Source: Tubulanus polymorphus (taxonomy: Eukaryota > Animalia > Nemertea). Taken from it: a stretch of DNA of 64,000 nucleotides. Below the pieces are notes generated by a model. That model saw nothing but the letters and a program-made list of their open reading frames with translations, was not told the DNA's origin and did no database searches. This document shows, piece by piece, positions 1-13,200 of the stretch. The stretch lies in NCBI RefSeq assembly GCF_964204645.1, contig NC_134029.1, positions 15,184,950 to 15,248,949 on the forward strand. The letters run 5' to 3'. Position 1 is the first letter of the stretch; each line of letters begins with the position of its first letter. The position numbers and the translations under genes are program-made.

Positions 1-1609
1 CCAATATCTAAAGGCCATTCGAAGCAATATATTTTGTCAATTCTTTTTGAATTTATTCATAATTAATAACCTATTCTTAATAGTAATGATTTTATTATTA
101 GGAATCTGATCTAATATATTTCTCGTTGTATAACGTAGCTGTCGGATTTACGAGCAATTATCTCATTAATGAGATGATCGCTCGTAGGTCGGATGGATGG
201 ACGTATTGGTGTGTACCGGTTTACAGTGTCTTTAATCAAAGATTCCATTTGATATCTGTCGTATTTCTATGAAAGAGTACAAACAGAAATATAAACCCCT
301 ATGCAGGGTACAAATCAGAAGTTAAAACTAGGAAAATGGCTAATTTGCAAACAAAAAAGGGAAAGATTTCTCTCAACAATCATGACCCACATAAGCCGCG
401 ATCACACGGAGACGATTTGGCCCGGGCCAAATAAGCACCGATCAGGCTCGGGCCAAATTTGGTAATTAGAGAGTGCGTTCACACGCAAACCATTCACTAG
501 ATACCAAACAATGCTCAAACAGAGCGAAGTGGATCATTTACGGTGCTAGATGCAATTCAAACGCAGTCATTTGTTTGGTACACGGTGTGATCGCGGCTAT
601 AGAGACGATTTGTCGGGGCTAAATTGGCTCGAATCAGGTCTGCCTTAAATTGTACGTATGGCTTACCAAAGAGCGCGCAGATTTTCATGTTCAAATTCAT
701 TTCACATTCAAATTCAAACCCATTCATTCGTTACTAAACAATGCTTAAACCATGGAATCTAAAACGAATCCATACTTAAACCAAGCGAAGTTACTGTCTT
801 CCAGAACCAGTTTAAATCAACACGCTTAATTTGACTCAGGTCTGGTCCGTCGTTTTTGGTCGGGCAATTAGGCACGGGTCCATTTTGCGCCCATTACTGT
901 TTTTTTCGCCGGATCTCTCCGTCCCTACACCTTTTAACTTGAATTTTATCATCACGTATTTAAATTTCGATTCTTGTGTTAATTTTATACTCATGCAAAG
1001 CACACTGATTACAATTTGCAGCAGTGCGCTATATAATGAAATAAGTAATATTGATTGTTAATATCAATATCAAGTGTGAATTTGCAGTTGTAAAATAATT
1101 GATTTGATTAACAGTATAATTTGATCTAGACCTCCCAGCGTCAATCAATGAAGAAAAAATTTAACTTGTCAAAGACTCAAGATCAAGTAAAGAAAAAGGA
1201 AGATGCATTCTAACAACTGATTGCGATGTGAAGACTATATTAGGCTTATTATTAGAACCTGCACTACAGCTATTCAACTTTCTATAAATCATTCGTCGCA
1301 GACCCTCAAATACCGTGTACATTATCACTCAAACTGCCTAAATATGTCTGGTGTCGTCGCTATAGTATACTACTTATTAAAACAAATATTACACCAATAT
1401 AATTAATATATATACCTATCATTCTAAAAGCTCAGGTTTTTAGCGTTTAGTGGTTTGGAAGAGCATTCATCCCAAAGTCTATATTTCGAATAACAGACCA
1501 GGTCCAGTTTCCTTCGTTTGACATTCGGAGGAACATTCCTCCTGAAGTCGATACTTTGAATATCAGACCTGAAGGTCAAATTCTCTTCGTTTGACCTTGG
1601 GAGGAATAT
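1..1609 (+). repeat. Copy of the composite repeat also found at ~16079-17781 and, in part, at ~23626-24200
   Basis: The window start ccaatatctaaaggccattc matches 16079. The near-identical spurious ORFs 831/16993, 1221/17394/23813 and 1424/17605/24014 confirm colinear copies. Confidence 0.9.
394..598. mobile_element. Harbinger-like MITE remnant nested in the composite repeat
   Basis: Inverted termini agccgcgatcacac ... gtgtgatcgcggct. A longer version lies at ~16458-16762. Confidence 0.55.
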
Positions 1610-1629
1610 TGTGGAAAAATAGTAAAAAT

Positions 1630-2065
1630 AGTAGAATACCTGTCTATTTGAACTATTGTAACAACAACAAGGCAGAGGCGTTTCAAGCAAGCCGTTGATG
1701 TCTATGGACTACCAAACAAAGTTCGATCCGACCATGGAGGTGAAAATGTAGCCATCGCTGGTTACATGATTATACATCCAGATCGCGGACCTGGAACATT
1801 TATATCTGGGAGAAGCGTTCATAATCAACGCATCGAGCGGCTGTGGAGGGATGTGTTCACACTTTGCCTATCATCATACTTTCACCTATTCTAAAAGCTT
1901 GAGGAGGAAAGTGAATTATCTCCAAAGGACGAAGTAGACAAGCACGTTCACCATTTGGTTTTCATCCCTCGTATTCAAAACAGCATAGATCGCTTCAGAC
2001 AAGCATGGATCTGTCACGAAATCCGGACGGTTGGCCAGACTCCACTTCTGCTGTGGATCACAGGT
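1630..2065 (+). pseudogene. rve-type DDE integrase/transposase core fragment (IS3/IS481-like eukaryotic DNA transposon, IS3EU-like)
   Basis: Manual translation gives [19 protein letters not shown]...[20 protein letters not shown]...HLVFIPRIQNSIDRFRQAWICHEIRT..TPLLLW, with SDxGxE and [10 protein letters not shown] motifs. It contains a stop codon and a frameshift. Confidence 0.8.
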
Positions 2066-3719
2066 GAAAATCAGGGTGGTGGTGCTAATTTGTTTAACTT
2101 GGTTAGTGGTATATTCCAGAATTGCACAGTAGTATCCAAGAAACTTTGTCCCGTTTATGATTTAATGAATTAAACACAATTTGCTGGTGTTTGGCTGATT
2201 AGGCCTGCTTTATCAAATGAACTAAATCAACAACTCTTCCTCGATTTTAGGGTTCTTAACATAATAATTAATCATGTACTGTATCTAGATGGACTGAATA
2301 GTCCACGTTTACATCTTTTATTCAGTAATGGTACCGCTGACACAATTCCCTATTGATGAAGCAGACTTGAAATATTTAAGGAATTGTCCAGTTCTTCAAT
2401 GGAACAAAAGAATGATCTTGGCAAAAACACTCTTATTGAAATAAGCCGAGCTTTTCGTCAGCTGTTAAATGTCATGATTGTCATAACACGAAATTTAACT
2501 TGTAAAATAAACAATTTAATGAAACTGAACTGATCCTTTAGGGCGACGGGTCCGGGAAAATACCCACTCGGTGAAATGCTTGACATGTACAAATGCAGAA
2601 ATTACTGACAGTACTGGTGTGAAAAGCCATTTAATTGTTGTTTCGAGTACATGTACTGAGCTGCCTAGTGGTGACAGGCAGTCGCCAGTGTCGTACCTGA
2701 TTGTGGAGCCGTGCATCGAAATGCGTTTGATCGACCAGCAAAGGCAGTGCTGATAGATATTCAATTTCAAGACTAAATGTTAAAACGTGTTGATATTTTC
2801 TTGAAAAAAAGCTCATTCGTATTATCTTTTGCATTTTTTTCAGTGCCGTATTCAGTCAAAGACACTGCTTTAGTGCAATTAAAACATTATAAGTACATTC
2901 ACAATCATTAGGTTATAAGTACATTTACAATCATTAGGTTATAAAAAGTAAATGGACGTACATTTTTCAACTAAAATACATACAGGTACATCTAAAATCT
3001 AACTAGATGAACATACATGATCTTTTTTTTTATCTGAAAACTGGCTCAATCAAACTGCAGGAGATGTTGTCGGACCAACTCAAGGACTGCTAAGGTTTTC
3101 ATCCCTTCAAAAGTATAGAAAAATGTACACTTCGTCATAACGGGCATCCAAATAAAAAAAAAGCTTCTGATGAGAAATGTTTGAGAACAATCAGTCCCTA
3201 ACATTAGCGTGGGTCAGTAAGCTTAAATCTCCTAGGACCCAGCTGCACAGTTCTGAGTTAAGATTTGTTTAAAACATTGGAAACGAATGAAGTAATTTTA
3301 ACTCTGAGTTTACTCTAATTCAGAACTAAGGAACAGTGTCCGATAAAGCTTAATACCTCCTAAATACTGTACTTTTGATATCTTTGAGCATGCGTATGCA
3401 TATGAAATCCAGTTTTAGCTCCATTGTTTACCTTCTAGAAATTGACTTTGTCATGATTTTGAGTGATCTAATAGATAATGGATGGACAGGTATTGAATAA
3501 TCTTGTCTTTGTCTTCGATAGTTAGGCTCTGAGAGGGTTTTGTGAACACCATATCAAAGCGGCATTCTAAGTTGGAGTCAACAAATGATACAATCTCTTC
3601 TAACTTGGATATGTTTTCAACTGAAAATGATAGTAAAACGATCATTGGATGTTTTAAGGCTGTTATTACATACATGCACTGGGTGTTTTTAGTACAAACA
3701 CCCCTTCCCCCGACTTCCT

Positions 3720-4544
3720 CCGGTTTCTTCCAAACGCAGAAATGCAGAAACGCAGAAATTGGTGTGTTGACTTAACGGACAATAAAGATAAATTGAATTT
3801 TACTTTATCTAGCTATACCGTGCTGTTGAAATTATGCAGACGATGTAGCCAAATTCTCGTTATGAGTCACGAATGATTTACAAATAAATCGATGAACTGA
3901 GATTTATGATTCTTCTTAAGAATTCATTCAAAACCCAAGGCTGAAGCACAAAAGAAAACGATAGTGCCGACCACGGTTTTGAAAAAATGTGTACTAGATA
4001 TTGCATACTCATAAAAAATCCAATCATATCATGATGATATGATTGGATTTTTTATGACATGAGGAAGTTGGAAGGGGGTCCAAGAGTTATGATTAACCTG
4101 CAAATGTAATACTCAGCGTCAGGAAATCATTTACAGGTAAAAAAGGAAACTCATCATATCGAAGATGTAACACTTGCTGGTTTTTGAAAGATTCGTTGAA
4201 ATGGAAAGATTGTTTCTCTCAATTAGACACTCAAATCAATTTGCGAGCGTTTCCAGCTACAGATTAACAGACAAACAATGAACGAAACTCATGGTGATAA
4301 ATAGCCCGCTGAGACAAAATTTTTTATTTTCTCAGCAGCCGTAACTAGCCTGAAAATTATAAACGAGCAAGCAGAGTGAGTGAGTTCGAATGTCAAATTC
4401 GTTTGTATGCAGCTGTAGTAATTACATGTTTGCATGCAGCTTCGGGTACTGACAACATGCAGCTCTAGTGAATCCTTACCATTGTCCGTAAAATTAACAC
4501 ACCAATTTCTGCTTTTCTGCATTTCTGCGTTTTGAAGAAACCGG
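3720..4544. mobile_element. Non-autonomous TIR element (MITE) with ~50 bp TIRs and a 7-8 bp TSD
   Basis: ccggtttcttccaaacgcagaaatgcag...ggtgtgtt and its reverse complement ending gaagaaaccgg. The direct repeat acttcct lies at 3713-3719 and 4545-4551. Confidence 0.85.
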
Positions 4545-5306
4545 ACTTCCTAAAGTGTGTAGATTGTATACATTAAGACACTTCCAACTAACTTGATTCT
4601 GAGATCGATATCGGGCACCTCTTTAATTTTGGCATCTATCATGTCACACTTCTCTTAGAGGGTGTGTTTGGTTATGGCTGAATTGAAGAAATGATCACCG
4701 GACCCTCCATGGATTGTTTAAGGCGACCGAGATGAAAAAAAATCTATAGTCTAGTGCCATCAAGTCGTAGTTAAATGACATCGCATTTTCTGGTCCAATC
4801 AGAAGTGATGAATTTCTGGCCGCATCAAACAACACCAACTCTAGGAACTCTCTATGGCTACACCAAATTCCCCTAAAAAGGTAACTTTCATGGGTTTTTG
4901 TAGTTTTGATGATTTGGTCCGCCTTAGTTTAACAACTGCATCTGCAAACTGGCATTTTCTTCTGCATGTTAAATGGAGGATTACGTTATCAGTGCTGTAA
5001 TCTATTACTTCCTTAGCATGGTCTTTGATCTGATTTTCTACCGTTACTTCCAGTGCTCTTTAAGATCAAAATTACAACAACATAATAAACATATTCAGAA
5101 ACAATAAACATTTGAATTGGTATGATTGTAGTAATTAGAAAATCAGGGGTTCAGATCAGAGGTCGAGAGGTCGACTTATCACCACTTTTAATTTTTTTCC
5201 TAATAAATTGGTGAGAGTGAACACCAAACAAAAAAAAATTGATGTTAATAAAAATCAATATTATTGTCCATATTGTAGAAAATACATTGATAAATAACAT
5301 ATATAA

Positions 5307-5504
5307 TGTAATTCATTAGGTCTTTATGTGAATATTGAATTGATTAAATCTAATCCAAATTGTTTTAATTTAAACCATGTAGAAAATGAATTAACAGAAA
5401 AAGTCAGAGATTTATTTCAAATATCCAAATCAACAGATTACGTTTATGATTTAACAACTGAAGATGGAACATTCAATTCTGGATTCCCATTAATCCTCGT
5501 AAAT
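5307..5504 (+). other. C-terminal portion of a putative intein (LAGLIDADG block H plus splicing blocks F/G)
   Basis: CNSLGLYVNIEL...CFNL (block H-like), then DYVYDLTTEDGTFNSGFPLILVN (block F VYDL, terminal Asn at 5502-5504), followed directly by Thr+1 of PolB motif C (TD). Confidence 0.75.
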
Positions 5505-5951
5505 ACTGATGCATACATATCAAAAATCAAAACAAATAACTTAACAAAAGGTTTAAAAACATTAAAACATCATTTCGATTTCAGTAATTATCCAAAAGAT
5601 CATGAATTATTTAGTAATGAAAATAAAAAGTGACCTGGTAAAAAAAGATGGATTAGGAGGTGGTAAAATGATTGAATTAGTTGGGAAAAGAAGTAAAATG
5701 TATAGTTATAGAACTAAAGATCGATAAAAAATTGAAAGGAATAACAAAGCATGTTGTTAACAAACATATAGAATTTCAAGATTGTATAAAATGTTTATAT
5801 AATTCAATTGCAATGAAACATAAAATGAATTGTTTAAGACCGGAAGACCGCGAAATGTATATTAATGAAGTTGAAAACTAGCTTAAATCCATTTGATGAA
5901 AAATGGTATATTTTGGATGATGGAATACAATCTTTACCTCATGGTTATTAA
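5505..5951 (+). pseudogene. Polinton/Maverick-type protein-primed DNA polymerase B, C-terminal fragment
   Basis: TD..I.KIKT...FDFSNYPKDHELFSNENKK*PGK...ELVGKRSKMYSY...KLKGITKHVV...FQDCIKCL...FDEKWYILDDGIQSLPHGY*, typical of pPolB C-termini. It is broken by frameshifts and stops. Confidence 0.85.
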
Positions 5952-5959
5952 TTATTCAT

Positions 5960-7420
5960 TTTTTTCATAGCTAAAGGTAATTGGTCGATAATCATGTTGA
6001 ATATAATAATCACGATTTTCTAAATTACTTAGTTCAAAACGTATTGTTCTCATTGTTTTCCTACGTGAATAATAATCATTTATGAGGTTTTATTTTTTTT
6101 AATCTAAATTTTCATCTTATTGTTTTTCTATAAAATCTTTAGGTTCTTCTATTTCATTTTTCATAATGTTTTATATTACTCCACATTTCTTCTCGTTCAA
6201 TTTGTTTCTTTTGGTTTGTTATTTCATCAAATTGAATTATAATATCGATATCTAAAAACTTTACAATCTTATTTAAAAAGCATGCATAATTAATTGAATC
6301 TTTTATATTATTATTCACACAATTATTTAATATTTTTGAGAAATTGTTTCTTTTATATTTGCCATATCTTCTCTTGTTAATTTAGGTTTTTCATAATAAT
6401 CGTTAAATGATAAATATAAATACATTTTCATTTCTTTTGTACTGGCATTTAATGGAATAATAGTTTTTACCACATCGCTTTTAGTCATTTTCCTTTTCTA
6501 TTACTTTCATTTATTTCAAGCCATTGCGTATATTCTGGTGTATAATCTTCTATAGAAAATATTTCAAAAATTCCATCTAGATATTTCAATTTTGGTTCTA
6601 AACGGAAAATTCTTGTTTTTTCATCACCCCATAATTTTTTTTTATAACCACATTCATTACAAAATATTATATAATCTTCTTGTATTAAATACTAATAAAT
6701 ACATAGTGGACATTTTTTTCTACCATATTTTGGTAATAGATGTACATTAATTTGATGGTATTTATTTACGTTATCTTTATGTTTTATTGATTTATTACGT
6801 AGATTTGAATTACTTGTTATAAAAATCAATGTACAATATTTACAATAATATTTTAAACTATTTAATATAATTTTTAAAACTAAATCAACATATTGTTTTT
6901 CTAAATTTTCAAGTTATTCTTTATTTTTTGATAGCGTTTTCACATATTTTATTTCTACTAATAGATTATTTTTTCTTTCATTAGATTCTGTTTCAAGTTT
7001 AGTAGAATTTTTGTTTAAATGTGCTTCATTCAATTGGTGATTCTCCCCATCATCTATATTTTCAGGATTAAATTTTATTTGACAATGTTTGTAGAAATGA
7101 TTTGTTATGGCATTGTTATTACAGAATAAAAAACGTATTTTCCAAATAATTTCTGGTTTAATTTCATCAAAATTACTACTATTTTCGCTACTTTCATCAT
7201 TAACCATTAATTCATTAATTTTACATTTTTCTGAATGTTTTTTAAAATAATTTTTTGAAAATCTTTCATTACAATTTGGGCAAGTTATTTTAGGGGTTTA
7301 TAATCTTCATCATGTCTTGCCGTATTACCTTTTCTTTGTAGTTCATTACAAATTTCACAACGTATCTTCTCATCCATTTATTTAGGAAAAGTTCTATCAA
7401 AATAATTTTGTGGGGTTAGA
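5960..7420 (-). pseudogene. Degenerate AT-rich virus/Polinton-like accessory ORFs with CxxC motifs
   Basis: The minus strand reads MDEKIRCEICNE...TCPNCNERFSKNYFKKHSEKC and KKCPLC. It lies next to the PolB fragment, has very high AT content and includes ORF 6914..7207. Confidence 0.45.
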
Positions 7421-9344
7421 TCTGGTTAATTATATATTGATCTGCATAGATAGATACAAGTAGTGAGATATTAAATGATTTAAACATTTTCAAGTCGAAT
7501 TATTATTCTTTTATATTGAAATATGGCAGTACTGAGATACGCAAAACTGTAGCACTGTGATACTGAGGTTAATTTATTCTTTGAATTTAATTAAAATTAT
7601 ATACGTTAATTAATTATCAACTTAATTAAAAATTTAATCGAAAAATTCGAAATAATTCATTACTTCAAAAAACGTTTTTCGAGGAAACACCGTTAATATT
7701 GATTTCGGTGTTTGAGCTAGTATATAAGGCAATTCATTTCACTTACTAGAGTGGCCTGCGGGCCTGGGCATTTTGAAAATGCATATTTGTTCACTCTCCG
7801 TGGTTCTCCTTCAGTTTCGACTTTCGGTCCTCCTTTCAAGGGTACGGGATTGGTAGGAAACACATTAGGCACGTCAAATATAATGTGTTTCTTTTCAATG
7901 ATTGAATGAGAATTGGTGAGAAATGCTCGGGGGTAAGTATCTCGTGGCGCCTTTCAATAATGGGATACTTATCCCACGAAAAATTCTGCCTCTTCGGGTT
8001 GGGTGGTTTTGCAAAAAATTATGAGAATATTTGGTAGAATATTTATAAAATAAATTTACCTCACAAACCGAAAACTCCAAATTATATATATCACGAAATG
8101 CGAGAGAGAAATATGTTGTTAATCGCTCAACAAGCACTGTATGGTAACATATGGCTCAATAATCAATAACACTCATAATACTCGATATTGCGCGTAGAGT
8201 GCGACGGATGTCTTTTTATCTCGGGCGAAGCCTGAGATGTCGTAATGAGCCCGAAAATCGCATTTTTGCCTTAAAATGCGGTTGTAACTTAGACACGCGG
8301 TCATGCTTGTTATAATATTTACGTGCAAAATGTAGCTTGACCATGCGGCTAAAATCTGTTGGAAATGGAAATTTGAATATCGCGTTCATTCCAGAGAAAT
8401 AGACGAATTCGTAGCGATTTTTAAAGAAATTTCCAGGAGCATTTTGTTTCATAAAACGGCTATAAAGGCCGTTGTACATCGTTAAATTATTGTAAAATAA
8501 TTGCTCCCCGCAGTTGGCTGATCACCCGTAGCCAATTACTGTGAGGGCATATTCGATTATACGACGCACACAAATTGGTCTTAATCCGCTAATGTGCCAT
8601 GTTGTTGCATCTAGTTTTTCATTTCCCAGTCATGGAGAGTCTTTTATGTTATTTCTGAAATTTGATAGCCACCATATCTTTTTTACTCCCCATATTATGC
8701 AAAAAAACGTACATTCAATTGATACGCTAAATCGCGGAAGATTACGCTCGCACAATCGAATAGGCCCGTTCCTCGTGTTTTGCCGCGCTGAGACGCTGTC
8801 GTTTTATTTTCGTTCGAAGAAGCTCGCGGTTTGCGTTTAGTATTCGAGGTAAGCAATAATTAATAATGTTGAGTATTGGAGATATAGTTTTTTTACGTAT
8901 GAAGAGGTAAGTGGGGCACTTTTGTTGACCGTAGAGTTTTCTTAGATTGTGCGTTGGATCGCGCGATGCCTCAATTCAATTTAATTTATTAAATCCTTTG
9001 CGGCGTGTCTAAACCACCGAACGCTTTTCAGTGGTCGATCCATTTTTACAAAATTTAAATCAACGAACATTGTTATGCCTGTTAGCCCATGTGATGCTCG
9101 TAATTACTGTAGTTTCATCGATTGATGAGGCATTCATTTCTTTTTATGGCATGAAAAGATTGGCGCATTGCCAAAATCCTTGCTTGCCAGGGTTTCACTG
9201 CTTCCCGTCGATAATACAAAGGCCTACGGAATTAAGGTATCAGTTAACCCTCATCTCAAATATCGAAAATTGATGGCGTTAGTAGTAGCTCAGCTGTCCC
9301 GGAAAAACTTGACTTTTTTCTATGGTGGTGATTTTCGGAAATAA

Positions 9345-9535
9345 GTAACGTCGTCGCAAGAACTTACGTTGTCACAAAAACTTATGTCGTCACAAGAACT
9401 TACGTTGCCGTAAAAACTTACGTCGTCGAAAAAAACTTACGTCGTCGCAAATGGATTAATGTATTACGTCGCTGTTGAAATATAGATTCTTATGTCGGGA
9501 CGCTATAATGTTGCAAAAAAACATACGTCGGTGCA
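9345..9535. repeat. Degenerate ~18 bp tandem repeat (cttacgtcgtcgcaagaa-like)
   Basis: Repeated aacttacgtygtcrcaa units are visible directly. Confidence 0.7.
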
Positions 9536-10144
9536 GCCCTCATATTTTTTTTTTTCATTTATCACGTTTCATACATGGTAGGCTAGGTACCTCTATGAAT
9601 ATATAATCTGGTAGAAAATTTTAGAATAATGGTGTAGTTTCAACTTTGAAATAATTTTATGAAAGATATAACTTGTGCAAACACTAGATATAGGCACATA
9701 CACTAGCCATGGGAGTTATGAACCAAATGCTGAAAGAATTATATCACTATATCAATTGGTTTATATTTTAAGTGCTTTTGTAAACCCCACTAATTGCGCA
9801 TAAAAATCCACCTGATAAGTATGAATTACCATCATTAAGAAAAATAAATTATTGAATGTATTAAATTTTCTATAGAGGTCACACTATCATACGTATAATA
9901 TCATTAACTTGCTATTTAAGTAATTTAGAGATTCTTCTATACCAATACCTTAAAGCACTGTGAAATCTATCATTATTATGTTATGATAAAAATTACTATT
10001 ATTACTATCATCGTTATCATTATCAATCATATCATTATTATTGAAGACATATGTGCGCGAATTCAATCGAAATCATAGGATCAATATAGCCGAAGGTTGA
10101 AATATAAAACACTGATAATACAGTCGTTTTTTTTTACTTCACAG

Positions 10145-10255
10145 CGGTCTGTACGGGTTCTTGTGGCGCAGGAACGTGTATGCGGCCTAATCTATGCTAC
10201 TGTCCGAACGGCCAGATAGCTCCAAGCTGCAGTTTTGGATCAAGTAATATAGCAG
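10145..10255 (+). CDS. FBN: Fibrillin exon: EGF-like domain 1 (111 nt, phase 1-1); not in the ORF track
   Basis: Acceptor ttttttttacttcacag and donor gtaag. Translation VCTGSCGAGTCMRPNLCYCPNGQIAPSCSFGSSNIA resembles fibrillin EGF1 (C..SCG.G.C.RPN.C.CP.GQIAPSC). Confidence 0.93.
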
Positions 10256-13200
10256 GTAAGATATTCATATCAGATCCCATTGTTAACGCAGTCTCAACTG
10301 TTTTGTGACTTTCTCAAAATGTATCAAAAATTTAACTAATTTTTAGTTCATAAGTCCTCAAATGTTCATAAATGAACAGTTAAAAATTGTTGAAACATGT
10401 CGACTCTGCCGTAAAATCAATCTATTTACAGTCCGGAATTTGGGATAATATTGGGCTTCAGAGAAAATAATGCCCCCGAGGTCTTAAAATTTACAGAAAA
10501 TATTACGTAAGTGATTCACGCGCAGCGCGCGATAGGCGCACAATAGAAATCTGAGCCGCGCGTTCTTTGAGTGTCACCAATTAAGAGGTGAAAATTGACC
10601 TTGGGAGGAATATTCCTCCCAAAGTCAATCGATGGAAACTTGACCAAGGGGTTCGATATTCAAAGAATTGACTTTAGGAGGAATATTCACACGAAGAGAA
10701 TTTGACCTTCAGGTCTGATATTCAAAGTATTGACTTCGGGAGGAATGTTCCTCCCTATGTCAAACGAAGGAAAATGGACCTGGTCTGATATTCGAAATAT
10801 TGTCATATGTCAACTGAAGGAAAATGAACCCGAGTCTTAGATTCAAAGTATATTGATTTAGCGAGGAATTTTTCCTCCCACCACTAAACGCTATAACCTG
10901 AATTTTTAGAAAGATAGGTATTGGTGTTTTGGGTGTAATTAGTTTTTTTAAAGCCATAAAGCCAGGTAGATTTATGAATTTCGAGTGAAACGATACACAG
11001 TGTTCGAGGTAATGAGACGGAATGAGACATACATACAATTTAAGAAAAATAAATAGATTTTGTATTTTCTTTGTCCAACAGTAAATTGCTGTAACTATGT
11101 TGACAATCAATTGTAATCGGATTGTAATCAGGCCCTTCTCGATAAACATGTAGAGGGGAAATCGTAATTAAAACACGTGCATAACATAGAAATTAAGTTT
11201 TGATTATACAGGGAATATATTAGGACTGCTTACAAATTTTCACAAGACTGCGATAAATCTAAATAGCTTAATACGGCACGAGTTTAGCTAATTTACGTTT
11301 AAAGGTTCATTTTCAGAGTCAATGGACGTAATTTGATAAACGCATTCTTTAAATGGAAATTCTATAGTAATCGATACAAATCATTTATATTAAATCATTT
11401 TAATTAAGAATGGTCATTCAAGGATTAGAGATCATTATGAAGCTGATACATTTCATTCGTGTGGATTCTTCTCTCATTACTAGTGTTAATAGGAGATTCG
11501 CGTGTCACGCATGATAAAAATAAAAATATTCGAGTCGTATTTCTTTCATTTACGGTCGCAAATTAGCCATTGTCCTAGTGAGCATTATTCTCATTTATAC
11601 GTAAAAGTGTATTCGGTATGAGGGTTTGTTTCTTTCTTCACTCCTTTATATAAAATTCAGAAATAGGAGTTAATAAGGAGGTTTTTACTCCTAACCGAAC
11701 TCAGTTCCCATTCAGTTCAGTTCAAGTTTATATGCATGGGGATCTATGATATATGGGAAAATACAATCCAGCCTACTAGCCACTGAACGTTAGCACTCAC
11801 AAAACGTCAGGAATTTGCAAAGAGAAAACATTATGTTACAAAAATATCGGATAAAATTCATTCTAAACATGCGTTACTAAGCCCAGAACTCCAGATATCG
11901 GGATGATATGTCTAAGGCAGATTTCTCCCTTTGTGACACAACCATTTAATTACTCATGTGACCATTATTATACCTCTCACAATCAAGCTTAAAAGATTAA
12001 GTGGCCTACGGTATGAATGCTTTAGTATTGATTCATATACGAAGCATTATTGTCTTAACATTGAAATTAGTTGATAGAATGCATCTTACTTTTTCTCGAC
12101 TTAAAAATTATTATTTGATTGACATACCACGGATTCGGAAATTAGTTGATTAAAAGCACAAACGCATATAGTCGCTATCCTGGTAATTAAATCGACTTAA
12201 AAATCGATTGATTGTTATTGAAATGAAGAAAGTTGAAAAAGACAATCAACGTTTGTATGAGATATATGTTTCGTAGTTCGTGATATTCAGCATACACCAA
12301 TGTCCAGTAAAATTTAACAATTTTTAAAATTTTACAATCCAACGTTTATCCAAAGATTGAAATACTTCAATAATACTAAACTAATACTAAAAGTTGTCGC
12401 ACTGGTAAAATAATATTTCAAATTTCAAATAGTATTTCAAAGATATTTCAAATAAAAAGTTTCAATAATTTATCGCATCGCACAGAAAAATCCGTGAAAT
12501 ACATTTTTGATTTACGGGTGCCTCATAGGCCTGTCATCGCTTGTACATTGTCATAATGAATTCTCTTTAATTGAGCAATATTTACTTAGGACTTAATCAC
12601 TGACTTTCTATAGATAATGAGCTATACAAAACCTAACCAGATAAAATTCAGTGGCTTGTTATTGTCAGCTTGCTTGTATACCAAGCTTCGCTAACATAAA
12701 CGATGATGTTGCCCTTTGTACTGAAATCTTGACGTATCAAACCATAGATAAATAAAACGGCAAAAATTGCTTCAATCGTTTTTACGCATGAGGAATCGAT
12801 CTTGATTTGAAAGGCACTTGTTGACGTGTGGGGAAAAATTGAAAATTTTTCACAGAAATCCTTTAAAACGATTCCAGTTATTCTGGACTTAATTTTGCAA
12901 TGCAAACGAAAACATACCGGCGGCAGCAAATCATAAGCTCTTTAATGGGTATTCTTATGGGATTTTTACCGGGGAATTTCGACCATTACCGCGTAGACGA
13001 GCCGGTAACAAAAACCTTTGGAAACAACAAATTATTCGCTTGTATGAATTAACGCCACTTTTGATAGGACTGCCTAATCAAATATTTCAATCATGAAGAT
13101 GGCGAGTTGACTGAGCCAGAGGCGCACAGTCAATAGTAGATATAAAGGAACTACGGACATAATGCGTTTTCCTTAAAAGTATTTCATCCATAGAGATTTA

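Noticed and set aside
1221-1406. 61-aa ORF conserved in three copies (also 17394 and 23813)
   Set aside because: It starts with TTG, has no recognisable motif, and its conservation is explained by recent DNA duplication.
7680-9340. Higher-GC unique-looking segment with short ORFs
   Set aside because: I could not recognise termini, motifs or splice-supported exons, so it is left unannotated.
10595-10880. CRISPR-like spacing of GGAGGAATATTCCTCC palindromes
   Set aside because: The units are degenerate, the spacers are related to each other, there are no cas genes and the context is eukaryotic. These are subterminal repeats of a mobile element.
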